This document shows positions 47,900 to 58,375 of a DNA stretch of 64,000 nt, piece by piece (the first letter of the stretch is position 1; each line of letters begins with the position of its first letter). The notes beneath the pieces were generated by a model, which saw nothing but the letters and a program-made list of their open reading frames with translations, did no database searches and was not told the DNA's origin. The position numbers were made by a program, and so were the translations under genes. Origin of the DNA: Aeromicrobium sp. (lineage in GTDB: Bacteria; Actinomycetota; Actinomycetes; Propionibacteriales; Nocardioidaceae); NCBI GenBank assembly GCA_040394025.1, contig JBEBSZ010000004.1, positions 38,492-102,491 on the forward strand, given 5' to 3'.

Positions 47900-49411
47900 T
47901 TAGACGACGCTTTCTTCGTGACTTACTGAAACTTCACCATCTGCAGAGGTCGTTGGCGGCAGATCACTACGCCGTACCCAGCGCATGTCAGCGTCGACAT
48001 CGTGTGTTTTGGCGTCCCATGTGTCAAGGAACCAGTTTTGTCGCACTGTCCAAGGCCGCTTCTTCCCCGCTTTCGGTAGGACCTCGGCCGCGCGTTGGAT
48101 GTAGCCAGATTCCAAGTCGAACGATGGCGCGGTGTCCATCGCGGAGGCAGGCAAGGTGGGCACACCATAGGCGTAACCACGCTGGTCGAGCGTGTTGAGG
48201 AAGCCTGTGACGTAACTCCAAGTGAGGTTCGCTCGTAACGTCCAAGAAGCGTTCGTGTAGCCAATGCACCACGCCAAATTGGGTAGGCCACTAAACATTG
48301 TGCCTTTGTAGGCGAGCACTTCACTCGTGTTGACTTTCTCACCGTCAACGCTCAGATTGATTTCTCCGAACGCAACGAGTTTGAGCCCGGTGGCGGTCAC
48401 GATGACATCGGCATCGAGGTGTTCGCCTGAGGCGGTCTGAATCCCTGTCGGGGTGAACCGGTCGATCGAGTCGGTCACGATCGTTGCTTTACCGGTCTTG
48501 AGCACATCGAATAGATCACGCTTGGGTACGACACACAAGCGTTGATCCCACGGCATGTACGGCGGAGTGAGGTGTTTCGGATCGAGGCCTTCTGGACTTG
48601 CTTTCCGGGCTAGATCCAAGAGAATTTTGCGTGAGGCTTTCGGAAACGCTCGGCAAAGCATGTAAAAACTGACGGTCATGATTGCGTATCGCAGTCGCGA
48701 AATGTTGTGCACAAACTGTTTCGGTAAGAATTTCCCACCGATTCTGGCTATCGGGTCGAAGTCCGGTTGGCTCAGCATGTAGGTGGGCGTGCGTTGCAGC
48801 ATCGTGACGTGCTTCGCTGTCTTGGCCATGGCGGGCAGCAACGTGACTGCTGTTGCTCCCGACCCAATAATGACGACGTTTTTGTTTGCATAGTTCGCGT
48901 TTTCAGGCCAGAACTGCGGATGGATGACTTCGCCTTGAAAATCGTTAAAGCCGTCAAAGTCGGGTAGATAGCCTTCGTCGTAACTGTAGTAGCCACTGCA
49001 CAGGTAAAGGAAGTTTGTTCGAATCGTCTCGATTGTGCCGTCGTCGACCGTGACCGTGACAGTCCACGTAGCATCATCGCTGTTCCATGAGGCGTCGGTG
49101 ACGTGGCGACCGTACTGAATCTTGTTTGCAACACCGAACTCGTGGCTCGCCTCTTCTAGATAGTCGCGTATGTCCGCGCCATCGGCAATGGCCTTCTTAT
49201 TGGTCCACGGTTTAAACGGATAGCTGAGCGTGTACATATCAGAGTCGGATCGGACGCCAGGGTATCGGAACAGGTCCCAGGTTCCGCCCACAGCTTGGCG
49301 TCGTTCAACTATCGTGAAGGTGCGTTGCGGACTTTCAGTCTGTAGCCGGTAGGCGGCACCAATACCTGAAAGACCAGCGCCCACGATCAGGACGTCCACA
49401 TCAACGCTCAT
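47900..49411 (-). CDS. Flavin-containing / Baeyer-Villiger-type monooxygenase
   Basis: VLIVGAGLSGIGAAYRL, BVMO fingerprint FQGEVIHPQFWP, and the second GxGxxG VVIIGSGATA. Confidence 0.9.
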   Translation of the reverse strand: MSVDVDVLIVGAGLSGIGAAYRLQTESPQRTFTIVERRQAVGGTWDLFRYPGVRSDSDMYTLSYPFKPWTNKKAIADGADIRDYLEEASHEFGVANKIQYGRHVTDASWNSDDATWTVTVTVDDGTIETIRTNFLYLCSGYYSYDEGYLPDFDGFNDFQGEVIHPQFWPENANYANKNVVIIGSGATAVTLLPAMAKTAKHVTMLQRTPTYMLSQPDFDPIARIGGKFLPKQFVHNISRLRYAIMTVSFYMLCRAFPKASRKILLDLARKASPEGLDPKHLTPPYMPWDQRLCVVPKRDLFDVLKTGKATIVTDSIDRFTPTGIQTASGEHLDADVIVTATGLKLVAFGEINLSVDGEKVNTSEVLAYKGTMFSGLPNLAWCIGYTNASWTLRANLTWSYVTGFLNTLDQRGYAYGVPTLPASAMDTAPSFDLESGYIQRAAEVLPKAGKKRPWTVRQNWFLDTWDAKTHDVDADMRWVRRSDLPPTTSADGEVSVSHEESVV

Positions 49412-49421
49412 TTTGCCTCCT

Positions 49422-49444
49422 ATGTGACATTACTGATGTCACAT
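49422..49444. promoter_or_regulatory. Perfect 9-5-9 palindromic operator candidate in the BVMO/VKOR divergent region
   Basis: atgtgacat (49422-49430), tactg, atgtcacat (49436-49444). A third half-site atgtgac lies at 49454-49460. The palindrome starts 11 nt upstream of the BVMO start codon. Confidence 0.65.
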
Positions 49445-49482
49445 TAGCAGGAGATGTGACGTAAGAGACACGGTTTGACCAG

Positions 49483-50100
49483 GTGGCCGCTAATCTAAGG
49501 CACATGACTGTGAATAGCGATGCTATCGGTGACGAGATGCCCACTGCAGATCGAGGAATCGGTATTTTCCTTGGCATTGCTGGCGCAATCGGCACTTGGG
49601 CCTCGTCACTGCTTACCCTCGACAACATCGCACTCCTTGAAGCACAAGCCGCAGACAAAAATCTCGAATTGGCCTGTGATATCAGCGCTTTCGTCAGTTG
49701 TTCAAATGTCATCCAGTCTGCCCAAGGGCAAGCATTTGGCTTCCCTAATCCTTTCATCGGGATCATCGCTTTCTCTGTGTTGATGACAATCGGAGTCGTG
49801 TTGGCAACCGGAGCCAGACTCCCCCGCTGGATGTGGGGCGGCATCCAACTCGGTGCCATTTTCGGCGCAGTTTTCATTTCATGGCTGCAGTATGAGTCGA
49901 TTTACCAGATCGGAAAACTGTGCCCCTGGTGCATGGTCGTTTGGATCGTGACAATCCCATCCGTCGTGCTGATTACTCGCAGATTCACCGGTTGGCGATT
50001 CTTATCCAACTGGACCGGCCTCATCATCGCACTGTGGTACGTCACGATCGCAGCGTTAATTTGGTTCCAGTTTGGATCTTCGTTGTGGGCTGGAGCGTAG
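49483..50100 (+). CDS. Vitamin K epoxide reductase (VKOR) family membrane protein
   Basis: Cys pairs CDISAFVSC and CPWC, 4-5 TM helices. The start may be ATG 49504. Confidence 0.85.
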   Translation: MAANLRHMTVNSDAIGDEMPTADRGIGIFLGIAGAIGTWASSLLTLDNIALLEAQAADKNLELACDISAFVSCSNVIQSAQGQAFGFPNPFIGIIAFSVLMTIGVVLATGARLPRWMWGGIQLGAIFGAVFISWLQYESIYQIGKLCPWCMVVWIVTIPSVVLITRRFTGWRFLSNWTGLIIALWYVTIAALIWFQFGSSLWAGA

Positions 50101-50107
50101 CTTTAAT

Positions 50108-51982
50108 TCAGGAAGCGGGCGCCATTGGTTGCCATTTGTACCAGAGTTCGTCCAGGGCAAATCGTTGTCCAAGCGAAAAATCATACTGGATCAACTGATA
50201 GTCATTAAGCAACTTTTGTTGTGCTGAGTTCAAGTCCTCGAAACGCAGCAATTCACCACGGTTCGTATAAACGCCTTCCCTCAATACTGTGCCAACTTCA
50301 CGCTCAATTCGTAACAGAAACTCGTAATAAGGGGGGAGCTCAAGTCCGAGCATTTGATAGAGATGAGGCACTAATGTCGAAGCACTTATACGAGAAAAGA
50401 CCTGCGGCTCTGAATCGTTCTCACGATTCGACCACAATAATACTGGCGTTGTACGAAAGGTTAATGGATCGTGTTTATTCAGGAATTCTTTGCTCATGAT
50501 TCCAGGAAAATGATCACCGTAATAGATTACAGCTGTCGGTTCATTTAACGTTTCCAATTCGTCCAAAAACTCTTTCAAGGCTTGGTCGGAATATTCAAGT
50601 CCACGACTCCACATCCCGATTCGCTTACCGGTCAACTCATCAACTTCGCCAGATACCTTGATAGGTTCCTGATACCAATCGTTGATCGGCACATGATTCT
50701 GCATAGTTAGGACATTGGCAAGAAGCGGTCCCGATGTACTCTCAATAGATTCGAGGACACCGGCGAAGACCTCGCTATCCGCGACGAAGGTATTTCTCTC
50801 AATTTTCTTGTCGTAACGAAAGCGATCGAGCGATTCGAACTCATCAAATCCCATCGCTTCGTACACCATAGGGCGTTTGTATCGCCCTCTTTCGTCGGGC
50901 AACATCCCAATGACCCGATAGTCAATTGTCTTCAACCATCCGCTCAGCGACGGAGCCTCAGTAAGGTCCGCAAGGTACGATTGATAGGCAGAGGAAACAC
51001 CGGGAGCAAAAAAACCAGTACTACCGCCAGTAAGAACTTGAAACTCCATATTCGAGGTACCTGAGCCATACTGATCTGCCAACAGAGTTCCACCCCAATT
51101 TTCTTCAGTCAGCTGATCCAAATTGGGAAACGGATTTGAGCTCAATGAAATATTTGGCACGTGGCGAATCTCACCAACTGATTCACTCAAGATTAGGACG
51201 ATGTTCCATTCTTCATTGGATTTGTCTGCAGCAGACAGCATTGCGTCCTTGCCATACTCATCAACCAGTTCACGCATGCGCTTTTCGCTGTAGCCTTCGG
51301 GTATACGCATTCCGGTTGTCGGCATGTTGTAGAGCGTTGCCGCGATGAAGCCGTTAATTCCCGCGTTATCAATCTGCGACCACGCTGCCCAGCCTTTTCC
51401 CGTGCTTTCCACCGCATATCTGAGCGGGTTGTTTACCGAATGAAATTTGAGCGAAGCAAGGCCAATAGAGACAAGACATATTGTCGCCAATATTCGTATT
51501 GCAGTCGTTTTCTTAACTTCTCTACCATCCGGTTTCGCAGTTTTGAACAAGCGCAGATCCGCTAGAAATCCTGCGCTCACAGCGCTAACCAAAGCCGCCA
51601 CAGCGAAGACCAGCAACCAAGGATTAACCAATTGGACAAACAAGTCCATCTCGCCCAAAAACTCAATATCTGATGGCAACAAAGGAATTTGCAGATACGA
51701 AATTTTGATATAATTAGTAGCTGATATAAGCATCGATAGAGAAATGAAAAGCATCCGACTCGCGACATGCAAACTTGTTGCAAGCCGGAAAAGCATCAAC
51801 AGTAGCCACAAGAAAATAATCCCGCGAAAATCAATCGCCCCGAGCATCCATAACATTCCAGTTGACACCGTCCCAATGCCAACTGGAATGTTGAGAATCA
51901 CATTGCACAAGACCGCAACTAAAAGGCTACCGAATAGGAGGTCTATGGACGTCGGCCGTCTTTTCAGTCTGTCTGCCTTCAT
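50108..51982 (-). CDS. LTA synthase/sulfatase-family membrane protein (LtaS-like phosphoglycerol transferase family)
   Basis: 5-6 N-terminal TM helices plus an extracytoplasmic domain with ILSESVGE and GSGTSNMEFQVLTG (Thr nucleophile context). Confidence 0.8.
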   Translation of the reverse strand: MKADRLKRRPTSIDLLFGSLLVAVLCNVILNIPVGIGTVSTGMLWMLGAIDFRGIIFLWLLLMLFRLATSLHVASRMLFISLSMLISATNYIKISYLQIPLLPSDIEFLGEMDLFVQLVNPWLLVFAVAALVSAVSAGFLADLRLFKTAKPDGREVKKTTAIRILATICLVSIGLASLKFHSVNNPLRYAVESTGKGWAAWSQIDNAGINGFIAATLYNMPTTGMRIPEGYSEKRMRELVDEYGKDAMLSAADKSNEEWNIVLILSESVGEIRHVPNISLSSNPFPNLDQLTEENWGGTLLADQYGSGTSNMEFQVLTGGSTGFFAPGVSSAYQSYLADLTEAPSLSGWLKTIDYRVIGMLPDERGRYKRPMVYEAMGFDEFESLDRFRYDKKIERNTFVADSEVFAGVLESIESTSGPLLANVLTMQNHVPINDWYQEPIKVSGEVDELTGKRIGMWSRGLEYSDQALKEFLDELETLNEPTAVIYYGDHFPGIMSKEFLNKHDPLTFRTTPVLLWSNRENDSEPQVFSRISASTLVPHLYQMLGLELPPYYEFLLRIEREVGTVLREGVYTNRGELLRFEDLNSAQQKLLNDYQLIQYDFSLGQRFALDELWYKWQPMAPAS

Positions 51983-52042
51983 AAGGAAATCTCAATGCAC
52001 CGGTGATCGCAGAAAAAATCGTATTGTGCGTTCAGATCCCAA

Positions 52043-52924
52043 TTATCTACCTGAAAACGCTGCAATTGCACCAATGACTGCTGGCCCGAGTACCACCATG
52101 AACAATACGGGAAGAATCGTGCTCATCAAGGGTAACAGCATCTTGACGGGAATCTGATTCGCTTTTGCTTCAGCACGCAACCGGCGACTAACTCGCATCT
52201 CTTTGGCTTGCTCACGCACGATTTCTGAAACCGGTACACCAAATTCTTCGCCTTGAATAATCGCGCGCACAAACTTCTTCAATTCGGCGACATCTGTCCG
52301 TTTAGTCAGAGCCTCATAGGCATCACGCCTAGGCAATCCCAAACTAATGTCTTGTACCGTACGCACGATCTCGTCAGCCAGTGGACCTTCACCCGTTTGT
52401 CCAGAACGACTTAACGCATTCTCAAAACTCGTTCCGGATTCAATTGAAATCGTGATCTGGTCCAGCATATCTGGCAAGGCATACTGAATATCTTCCTGAC
52501 GACGCTTCGCTCGACCATCAATCATGATATCCGGGCCAAAGTAACCAGCAAGCGGAGCCAGAAAAAGCAAGATAGTACCGAATGCGCCTCCCTTTGAAGT
52601 AAACATCATTATGCCTATGACGAGACCCATCGCACCAAAAAGAACCTTTGCTGAGAGGATCTTTGAAACACTCCATCCTTCAGGACGGCCCGCAAGCATG
52701 TAGTTGCGTTCTGCTTTCTCTACCATCCCAAGGGGCGTAAACCGGCGAGCAAAGGATTCCTTTGTTTCTTCCTTTAATTTGGCAGAACCACCAATGACGA
52801 TGTCACCGCCAGTAGCTTCGCGCAAACGCGCTGCTGCTGCCGATTCCTTCTCGCCAAAGACTCCTAAAGCGAGATAGAGAAACACCAACGAAGCAACAAC
52901 AAAAATAACACCCGTAATAAGCAT
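52043..52924 (-). CDS. tadC: Tad pilus platform protein TadC (T2SS F family)
   Basis: T2SSF-like (YALPDMLDQITISIESGTSFENAL). ATG 52924 forms a TGATG overlap with the tadB stop (track start 52957). Confidence 0.85.
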   Translation of the reverse strand: MLITGVIFVVASLVFLYLALGVFGEKESAAAARLREATGGDIVIGGSAKLKEETKESFARRFTPLGMVEKAERNYMLAGRPEGWSVSKILSAKVLFGAMGLVIGIMMFTSKGGAFGTILLFLAPLAGYFGPDIMIDGRAKRRQEDIQYALPDMLDQITISIESGTSFENALSRSGQTGEGPLADEIVRTVQDISLGLPRRDAYEALTKRTDVAELKKFVRAIIQGEEFGVPVSEIVREQAKEMRVSRRLRAEAKANQIPVKMLLPLMSTILPVLFMVVLGPAVIGAIAAFSGR

Positions 52925-53862
52925 CAGAGTTTCACCTTCGTAATTCGGCTGAGCCAAAATCCGCCAAGCGCATAAAATACGGCAGCTACACCCAACAAGA
53001 CATAACCTGCAAAGGTCGTGAAGAGAGGAGCCATAAAGTCAGAGTTAATGACACCAAACAGTACGCCGACGCCAATTGGTAACGCCATCAAAATGATTGC
53101 AGAAGCTTTTCCTTCCGCAGCTAGTGATTGAATCTTCAGGCGTAATTCGTTTCTTTCGGCAATCGTCTCAGTGACGCGATCAAGAATTTCACTCAACCGG
53201 CCGCCAGATTCACGTTGTATAGCAACTGCATCAGTGACCCACTTAAAGTCGTCACTTTCCATGCGTTCCGCAGTTTCATGCATAGCATTTACCATGTCGC
53301 GCCCTAGCCGCGCTTCGTTCACAATTCGCGCTAACTCGTCACCCATCGGTGGTTCCATTTCCGTGGCCACGTTCGCCATAGCTGTCGGAACGTTCATGCC
53401 GGATTTTAGAGCAGAGCTCAGAAGAGTCATCGCATCGCCCATTTGCTCGCTGAATTTCTCTTTTCGCTTGGTTGTGCGCCACGAGACAAAGAAACGAACA
53501 AGAAATGGAGACCCAATTGCGGCAAGCAGCGACAGAAAAAGGCTACGGGTCACTACTTGAGTAATCATGAATGCGCTCATCGCAACAAGCAAAGTGATGG
53601 CAACCATTGAAGTTCCACCAATTTTGATCCCTGCTTGCGCAAGATCGTTTTCTGAGTAGCCCTTGAGACCGAAACGATCCATTACCCGATCGATCAGATC
53701 AAATACCGGGGTGCTGGACTTTCCTGAAGCGCTCTCGTTCAATTCCTCAGTCCGCATTTGCTCGGATCTAAGGTTAACTAAATACGGTTGAAACAGGACA
53801 AAAACAAACAGGACGAGTGCAGCAACAATCGCAATAATGCCGATACCCAAGGGGGATGTCAT
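52924..53862 (-). CDS. tadB: Tad pilus platform protein TadB (T2SS F family)
   Basis: T2SSF-like (FSEQMGDAMTLLSSALKSGMNVPTAM). Confidence 0.85.
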   Translation of the reverse strand: MTSPLGIGIIAIVAALVLFVFVLFQPYLVNLRSEQMRTEELNESASGKSSTPVFDLIDRVMDRFGLKGYSENDLAQAGIKIGGTSMVAITLLVAMSAFMITQVVTRSLFLSLLAAIGSPFLVRFFVSWRTTKRKEKFSEQMGDAMTLLSSALKSGMNVPTAMANVATEMEPPMGDELARIVNEARLGRDMVNAMHETAERMESDDFKWVTDAVAIQRESGGRLSEILDRVTETIAERNELRLKIQSLAAEGKASAIILMALPIGVGVLFGVINSDFMAPLFTTFAGYVLLGVAAVFYALGGFWLSRITKVKL

Positions 53863-55226
53863 ACAGGCTCCTCTGTTCTATTGGCTAGCAGATGAGGCGG
53901 AACTTTGACTCCACGTTCTTCGAGGACTGCGACCAAATGCTCGCCACTTCCCACAGCTTCAACTTTTCCGAGCGGCGTGCCATCAACGTCGTAGCCAGCA
54001 CCGAAGTCGAAGCGGTATAGATCGTGCAAAACTGGCTCGTCATTCTTAATACCGGTAAGTTCAGTGACGTGAGTGATTCGGCGAGAGCCATCGCGCAAGC
54101 GCGTGATCTGGACGATCATGTCGACTGCCGAACCAATCTGTTCACGAATAGCACGCAGCGGCAGATCCATGCCAGCCATCAGCACGAGTGTTTCCAAACG
54201 CGCAACACAATCTCGAGGTGAGTTAGCGTGTAAGGTGGAAATTGACCCATCGTGGCCCGTGTTCATTGCTTGAAGCATGTCGAGCGCTTCGCCCGAACGA
54301 CATTCGCCGATGACCACACGGTCCGGGCGCATACGCAAAGAGTTCTTCACGAGGTCACGAATAGTGACCTCACCACGACCTTCAATATTGGCCGGACGAC
54401 TTTCCAACTGAACCACGTGTTCCTGCTGAAGCTTTAGTTCGATCGCATCCTCGATAGTGACAATGCGCTCGTCTTCAGGGATGAAGGAACTCAACACGTT
54501 CAAAAGCGTTGTCTTACCGGTACCAGTACCACCTGAAACCAAAATATTGAGTTGGCCTTCGACACAAAGTTTTAAGAGCTCAGCGAGATCAGGAGTCAAA
54601 GAACCAAAGCGAATCAAGTCATCAACGCCCCAGGGCGTTTGGGAAAACTTACGGATGGTGAGTGACGACCCTCGCACTGCTAGCGGCGGAATGATGGCAT
54701 TAACACGAGAACCGTCTTCGAGACGCGCGTCAACCAGTGGCGATGACTCATCAATGCGCCGACCAACCTTGCCAACGATACGTTCAATGACTCGACGTAA
54801 CTGCTCTTCCGAGGTGAAAGCCACCGGAGCTAACTGAAGCTTTCCAGCTTTCTCAATGAAAATCTGTTTGGGATGATTTACCATAATTTCGGTAACATCT
54901 GGATCGTCCAAAAGCCGTTGAATAGGACCCAAGCCCAGTGCATCGTCTTCAATCTCACGAATCAGCGCAGCGCGTTCACGCGCACCTAATTGCACATGTT
55001 CTTCTTGCAGAACTTGTTCGAGCTCAGAACGCACGAACTCACGTAATTGTGAATCGTTGATCGAAGAATCATTGATTCGCGCTCCGATACGTCGGAATAA
55101 AGCAACAACAGCACGTTCTTTGAGATCGTCAAGTACCTTGGAACGCTCTAAGACGACTGCTGGCGCCGAAGTCTTTCCTTCAGCACCAGCCTTTTCTATC
55201 GCCGCAAGACGATCCGAAATACTCAT
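53859..55226 (-). CDS. tadA: CpaF/TadA secretion ATPase
   Basis: Walker A SGGTGTGKTTLLN, IVTIEDAIEL, GHDGSISTLHANS. Confidence 0.95.
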   Translation of the reverse strand: MSISDRLAAIEKAGAEGKTSAPAVVLERSKVLDDLKERAVVALFRRIGARINDSSINDSQLREFVRSELEQVLQEEHVQLGARERAALIREIEDDALGLGPIQRLLDDPDVTEIMVNHPKQIFIEKAGKLQLAPVAFTSEEQLRRVIERIVGKVGRRIDESSPLVDARLEDGSRVNAIIPPLAVRGSSLTIRKFSQTPWGVDDLIRFGSLTPDLAELLKLCVEGQLNILVSGGTGTGKTTLLNVLSSFIPEDERIVTIEDAIELKLQQEHVVQLESRPANIEGRGEVTIRDLVKNSLRMRPDRVVIGECRSGEALDMLQAMNTGHDGSISTLHANSPRDCVARLETLVLMAGMDLPLRAIREQIGSAVDMIVQITRLRDGSRRITHVTELTGIKNDEPVLHDLYRFDFGAGYDVDGTPLGKVEAVGSGEHLVAVLEERGVKVPPHLLANRTEEPV

Positions 55227-56503
55227 CGCTCTCTCCGCAACAAGCCACCCTTACGAATCGGAACCGCGGACGATCCGGCGTCTCCACCGAGTTTTGCCAC
55301 GAGACTACGAACAGCATTACCCAATTCGCCTTTTTGTTTCGAATCAGCCACAGGCTTACCAAGGTTGATTGACAGTGCAATCTCTACAGAACGTGGAACC
55401 GAAGCATCTACTGGCATGCGCATGGCGCGAGCAATGTCTTCGACTTCAAGGCCAGTACCTGGTTCAGCCATGTTGACGACCAGATGACGATTGCGCGGCA
55501 AGAGGTCAATCCGATCCAGTAAATCGATAGCTCGACGAAGTGCCTTGACAGCGGAAATATCCATCGTCGTCACAAACATGACGTCTGTCGCCACTTCGAG
55601 TGCTGCCAAGGTTTCGTCGGTAAGGCCCGAACCCGTGTCCACCACAACGTAGGTGTATTCATCGGAAAGCTGCTTGAGCAACTGGCTCTCTTGCGAACTG
55701 GTGATTTTCTCCAAAGCTGCGGGAGAATCAGAGCCAGCCAAGACCAAGAGATTGTCTTGGAAACTATTCAAGAGGCCTTTAACAATCAGACTCGACTGCA
55801 CACCACCTTCGGTAAATGCATCTTCAAGAGTGTGCTGGGCATTGATATTCAGAACACTAGCCACATCGCCAAACTGTGAGTCAAAATCGACGATGATGGT
55901 ATCAAGCGGAGCCTTCTGGGCCAGTGCCACAGCGAGGTTCGTACTGATTGTCGTTTTACCGACGCCACCCTTTGGACACATCACGACGATGACTCGGGGT
56001 TCTTTGATAGCACGAACGGGTTCGTCTTCGTCTGTCATGCCAGTGATTTTGGCTAAGCGATCAGCCGCACTAACATTCTCTGATATTGGCTGAGTTCGCT
56101 GCGCTTCACGAATTCCGGCCGACCGGCGAGCAGGCTCTGGAGCATCGTCCACACCAAGATGGCGGTTCACCATCTTCATGAGTTCAACGTCGGCGCTAGC
56201 GGAATCGAATGCTTCAACATAACCTGCACGACGTAGATCATCGCTCAAAGGCTCATATCCGTCACGGCACAACACGACAGGCACATCGAAATAATCCATG
56301 ACGATATAGCCGAGTTCTTCGAGATGGTCTTCCTCGATATCTTCCGCGACCAGAGCCAAGGTGATGTTTCGATCTGTAGCCAACATCGACTTGAGGACAT
56401 TGTCGGCCAAACCAGGTTTGACCGCCACGACCTCTACATCGGTGGCCGCCCGCAGACGTGCTGTCAGCGGACTGTTATTTGCTACGACAACAATGATGCT
56501 CAT
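55223..56503 (-). CDS. tadZ: CpaE/TadZ-like ParA/MinD-family ATPase with N-terminal pseudo-receiver domain
   Basis: VMCPKGGVGKTTISTNLA, VDFDSQFGDV. Confidence 0.85.
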   Translation of the reverse strand: MSIIVVVANNSPLTARLRAATDVEVVAVKPGLADNVLKSMLATDRNITLALVAEDIEEDHLEELGYIVMDYFDVPVVLCRDGYEPLSDDLRRAGYVEAFDSASADVELMKMVNRHLGVDDAPEPARRSAGIREAQRTQPISENVSAADRLAKITGMTDEDEPVRAIKEPRVIVVMCPKGGVGKTTISTNLAVALAQKAPLDTIIVDFDSQFGDVASVLNINAQHTLEDAFTEGGVQSSLIVKGLLNSFQDNLLVLAGSDSPAALEKITSSQESQLLKQLSDEYTYVVVDTGSGLTDETLAALEVATDVMFVTTMDISAVKALRRAIDLLDRIDLLPRNRHLVVNMAEPGTGLEVEDIARAMRMPVDASVPRSVEIALSINLGKPVADSKQKGELGNAVRSLVAKLGGDAGSSAVPIRKGGLLRRER

Positions 56504-57168
56504 TTGACTAAGTTTCTAGCGTCGAAGGACTTTCCGCCATCTTTAGTTGTGTCATCATTCTGGATGGTCAATCGGATTTGACCAAATCGGGCTGCTGCCG
56601 CAATCTGAGTAGCGAGCGTTCCATTTGTGGCAAAAGACACGAGTTTACCGTCGCCACCTTCAGAAATAGCCGAAACTAAGACTTCCTGAGCAATCATGCG
56701 TGCTGCTTGACCGCCATCGGTAGTTTCTGCCGTCACGAGGATGCCAACTTTTTGTCCGGCCGAGATATTTCCAGCTGTATCCGGGCCAAGCGCAATCGTA
56801 ATTTCCTGAAGCCCCTTAGGCACGGTCGATCCCGAGGCGGCCGCTGAGCCGCCGGCATCGAAACGACCTGACACGAGGATTTCTCCAGCAATCAATGGAA
56901 CCGTCGTCTTTAGACCCTCGATATCGGCAAGCTCGCGAATGGCGCCCTTAGGGACAGCCGCGTTGGGGATCCGAACTTCTTCGATGCTGTTCTTTACGTC
57001 AGCGGCAGAAGCATTTGCATTGATGTCTGCAGTCGTGCGGTAAACGCTCACCAAAGTCGCTCCCCCATATGCCCGATTCTGGGCACCGGCGGCATACACA
57101 ACCACTGCACCGATACCGACGAGGGCAAGAACAGCAGCGGCAATTGCAGCGATCACTCGACTATTCAT
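56500..57168 (-). CDS. cpaB: CpaB/RcpC Flp pilus assembly protein (SAF domain)
   Basis: N-terminal TM anchor, SAF-like region and operon position. Confidence 0.75.
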   Translation of the reverse strand: MNSRVIAAIAAAVLALVGIGAVVVYAAGAQNRAYGGATLVSVYRTTADINANASAADVKNSIEEVRIPNAAVPKGAIRELADIEGLKTTVPLIAGEILVSGRFDAGGSAAASGSTVPKGLQEITIALGPDTAGNISAGQKVGILVTAETTDGGQAARMIAQEVLVSAISEGGDGKLVSFATNGTLATQIAAAARFGQIRLTIQNDDTTKDGGKSFDARNLVK

Positions 57169-57229
57169 GGGGTTTCTACCTATCTCTAAGAATTGATGAC
57201 GTCATTTGTTGTGCTTCAAAACCGCGGAA

Positions 57230-58375
57230 CTAATTCGTGAGTTGAACTTTCACAGCACCTAAGTCAGGCGCAATCGATCCTCCATAGTGAGTGCCATATT
57301 CCCAACCTTCAATTGGGCGAGAAGTGCGAATAAACTGACCGCGGATACCCTCGCATGTCCAATCGAGAACGCCGGTTGCGGACCACATTCGACAATTTGA
57401 ACGATTGTAGTCTGTAATAAGCCCGAAGAGTCGCGTGTTCCTGAAGGAATCAATCTGGAACGGCGCAAAACCAAGCGTTACCAATCGATTCGGGAGTGTC
57501 ACGGTGGTCCCAATGAACGGAATACGAATGGTGACGGTACCAATACCATAAATCGGAATCATGATTACTTGGTCACGCTCCAGCAGCCTAGATTTCGAGT
57601 CGCAAGCAACTTTCCAATCAAATGCAGTAAGGAAGTTTTCATACAATTTGAGGAAACTTGGATTGGTAAGCTCACAATTCCCGAAGAGATTGATACCTAG
57701 CACGTCATCGGTCATCCACGCCATCGTGTCGCGGTTGTTGCGCAAAGTTTGAGGTCCAATTCCTGGATCTGGTGAATTGTACGTGCAACTACGATCAGTG
57801 CCGCCCGGGTTTATAAGGTTGCCGCTCGTTAACTTCCCAAAGTCAAACAGGCGAATATTGTTGGGTTCTCCGACTCCACGCTTGTATAAAAGCCAGTCGC
57901 AATAGCCAATAGCTACAGGAAACGCCACTGGACCAGCGACCGGGAAATGGTCCCAAGATGCCGTAGCCTTTGCACCAACGTTCAAGTCTGGATCGCCAAA
58001 AATTTGCGCGAACATCGATGATCGAGCGCCTTCGACGGTGACGGTGATTTCACGGTTGTGAAAGGACGGTGCAGGCGCAGCTGAACCAGTCTTTCCTGGT
58101 GAATTTTGGCTAATTGCCCAGTTCACTTCGGTTTGGGCAGCGCCTGAACTACAGTTTGTACTTTGGACAGCACATTCACGAGCAATAGCTAGAGCTGCGG
58201 CATCGGCAGCATTCTGCGCCTCCGATTTGTCGCTTGAAGCTACTGCGAAGTCAATGGAGATTGCCGCCATCCCTAGCAGAGCTACCATCAGGAGCGACAC
58301 CAAGACAAGAGTTGCTCCTCTTTCGTTTTTCTTTCGCAGCGAAATACGCTGACAAACCTTCTCAATCACATGCAT
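57230..58375 (-). CDS. TadG-like minor pilin/pilus assembly protein (TadE/G-like N-terminus)
   Basis: ERGATLVLVSLLMVALLGMAAISIDFAV, followed by a Cys-containing extracellular domain. Confidence 0.75.
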   Translation of the reverse strand: MHVIEKVCQRISLRKKNERGATLVLVSLLMVALLGMAAISIDFAVASSDKSEAQNAADAAALAIARECAVQSTNCSSGAAQTEVNWAISQNSPGKTGSAAPAPSFHNREITVTVEGARSSMFAQIFGDPDLNVGAKATASWDHFPVAGPVAFPVAIGYCDWLLYKRGVGEPNNIRLFDFGKLTSGNLINPGGTDRSCTYNSPDPGIGPQTLRNNRDTMAWMTDDVLGINLFGNCELTNPSFLKLYENFLTAFDWKVACDSKSRLLERDQVIMIPIYGIGTVTIRIPFIGTTVTLPNRLVTLGFAPFQIDSFRNTRLFGLITDYNRSNCRMWSATGVLDWTCEGIRGQFIRTSRPIEGWEYGTHYGGSIAPDLGAVKVQLTN

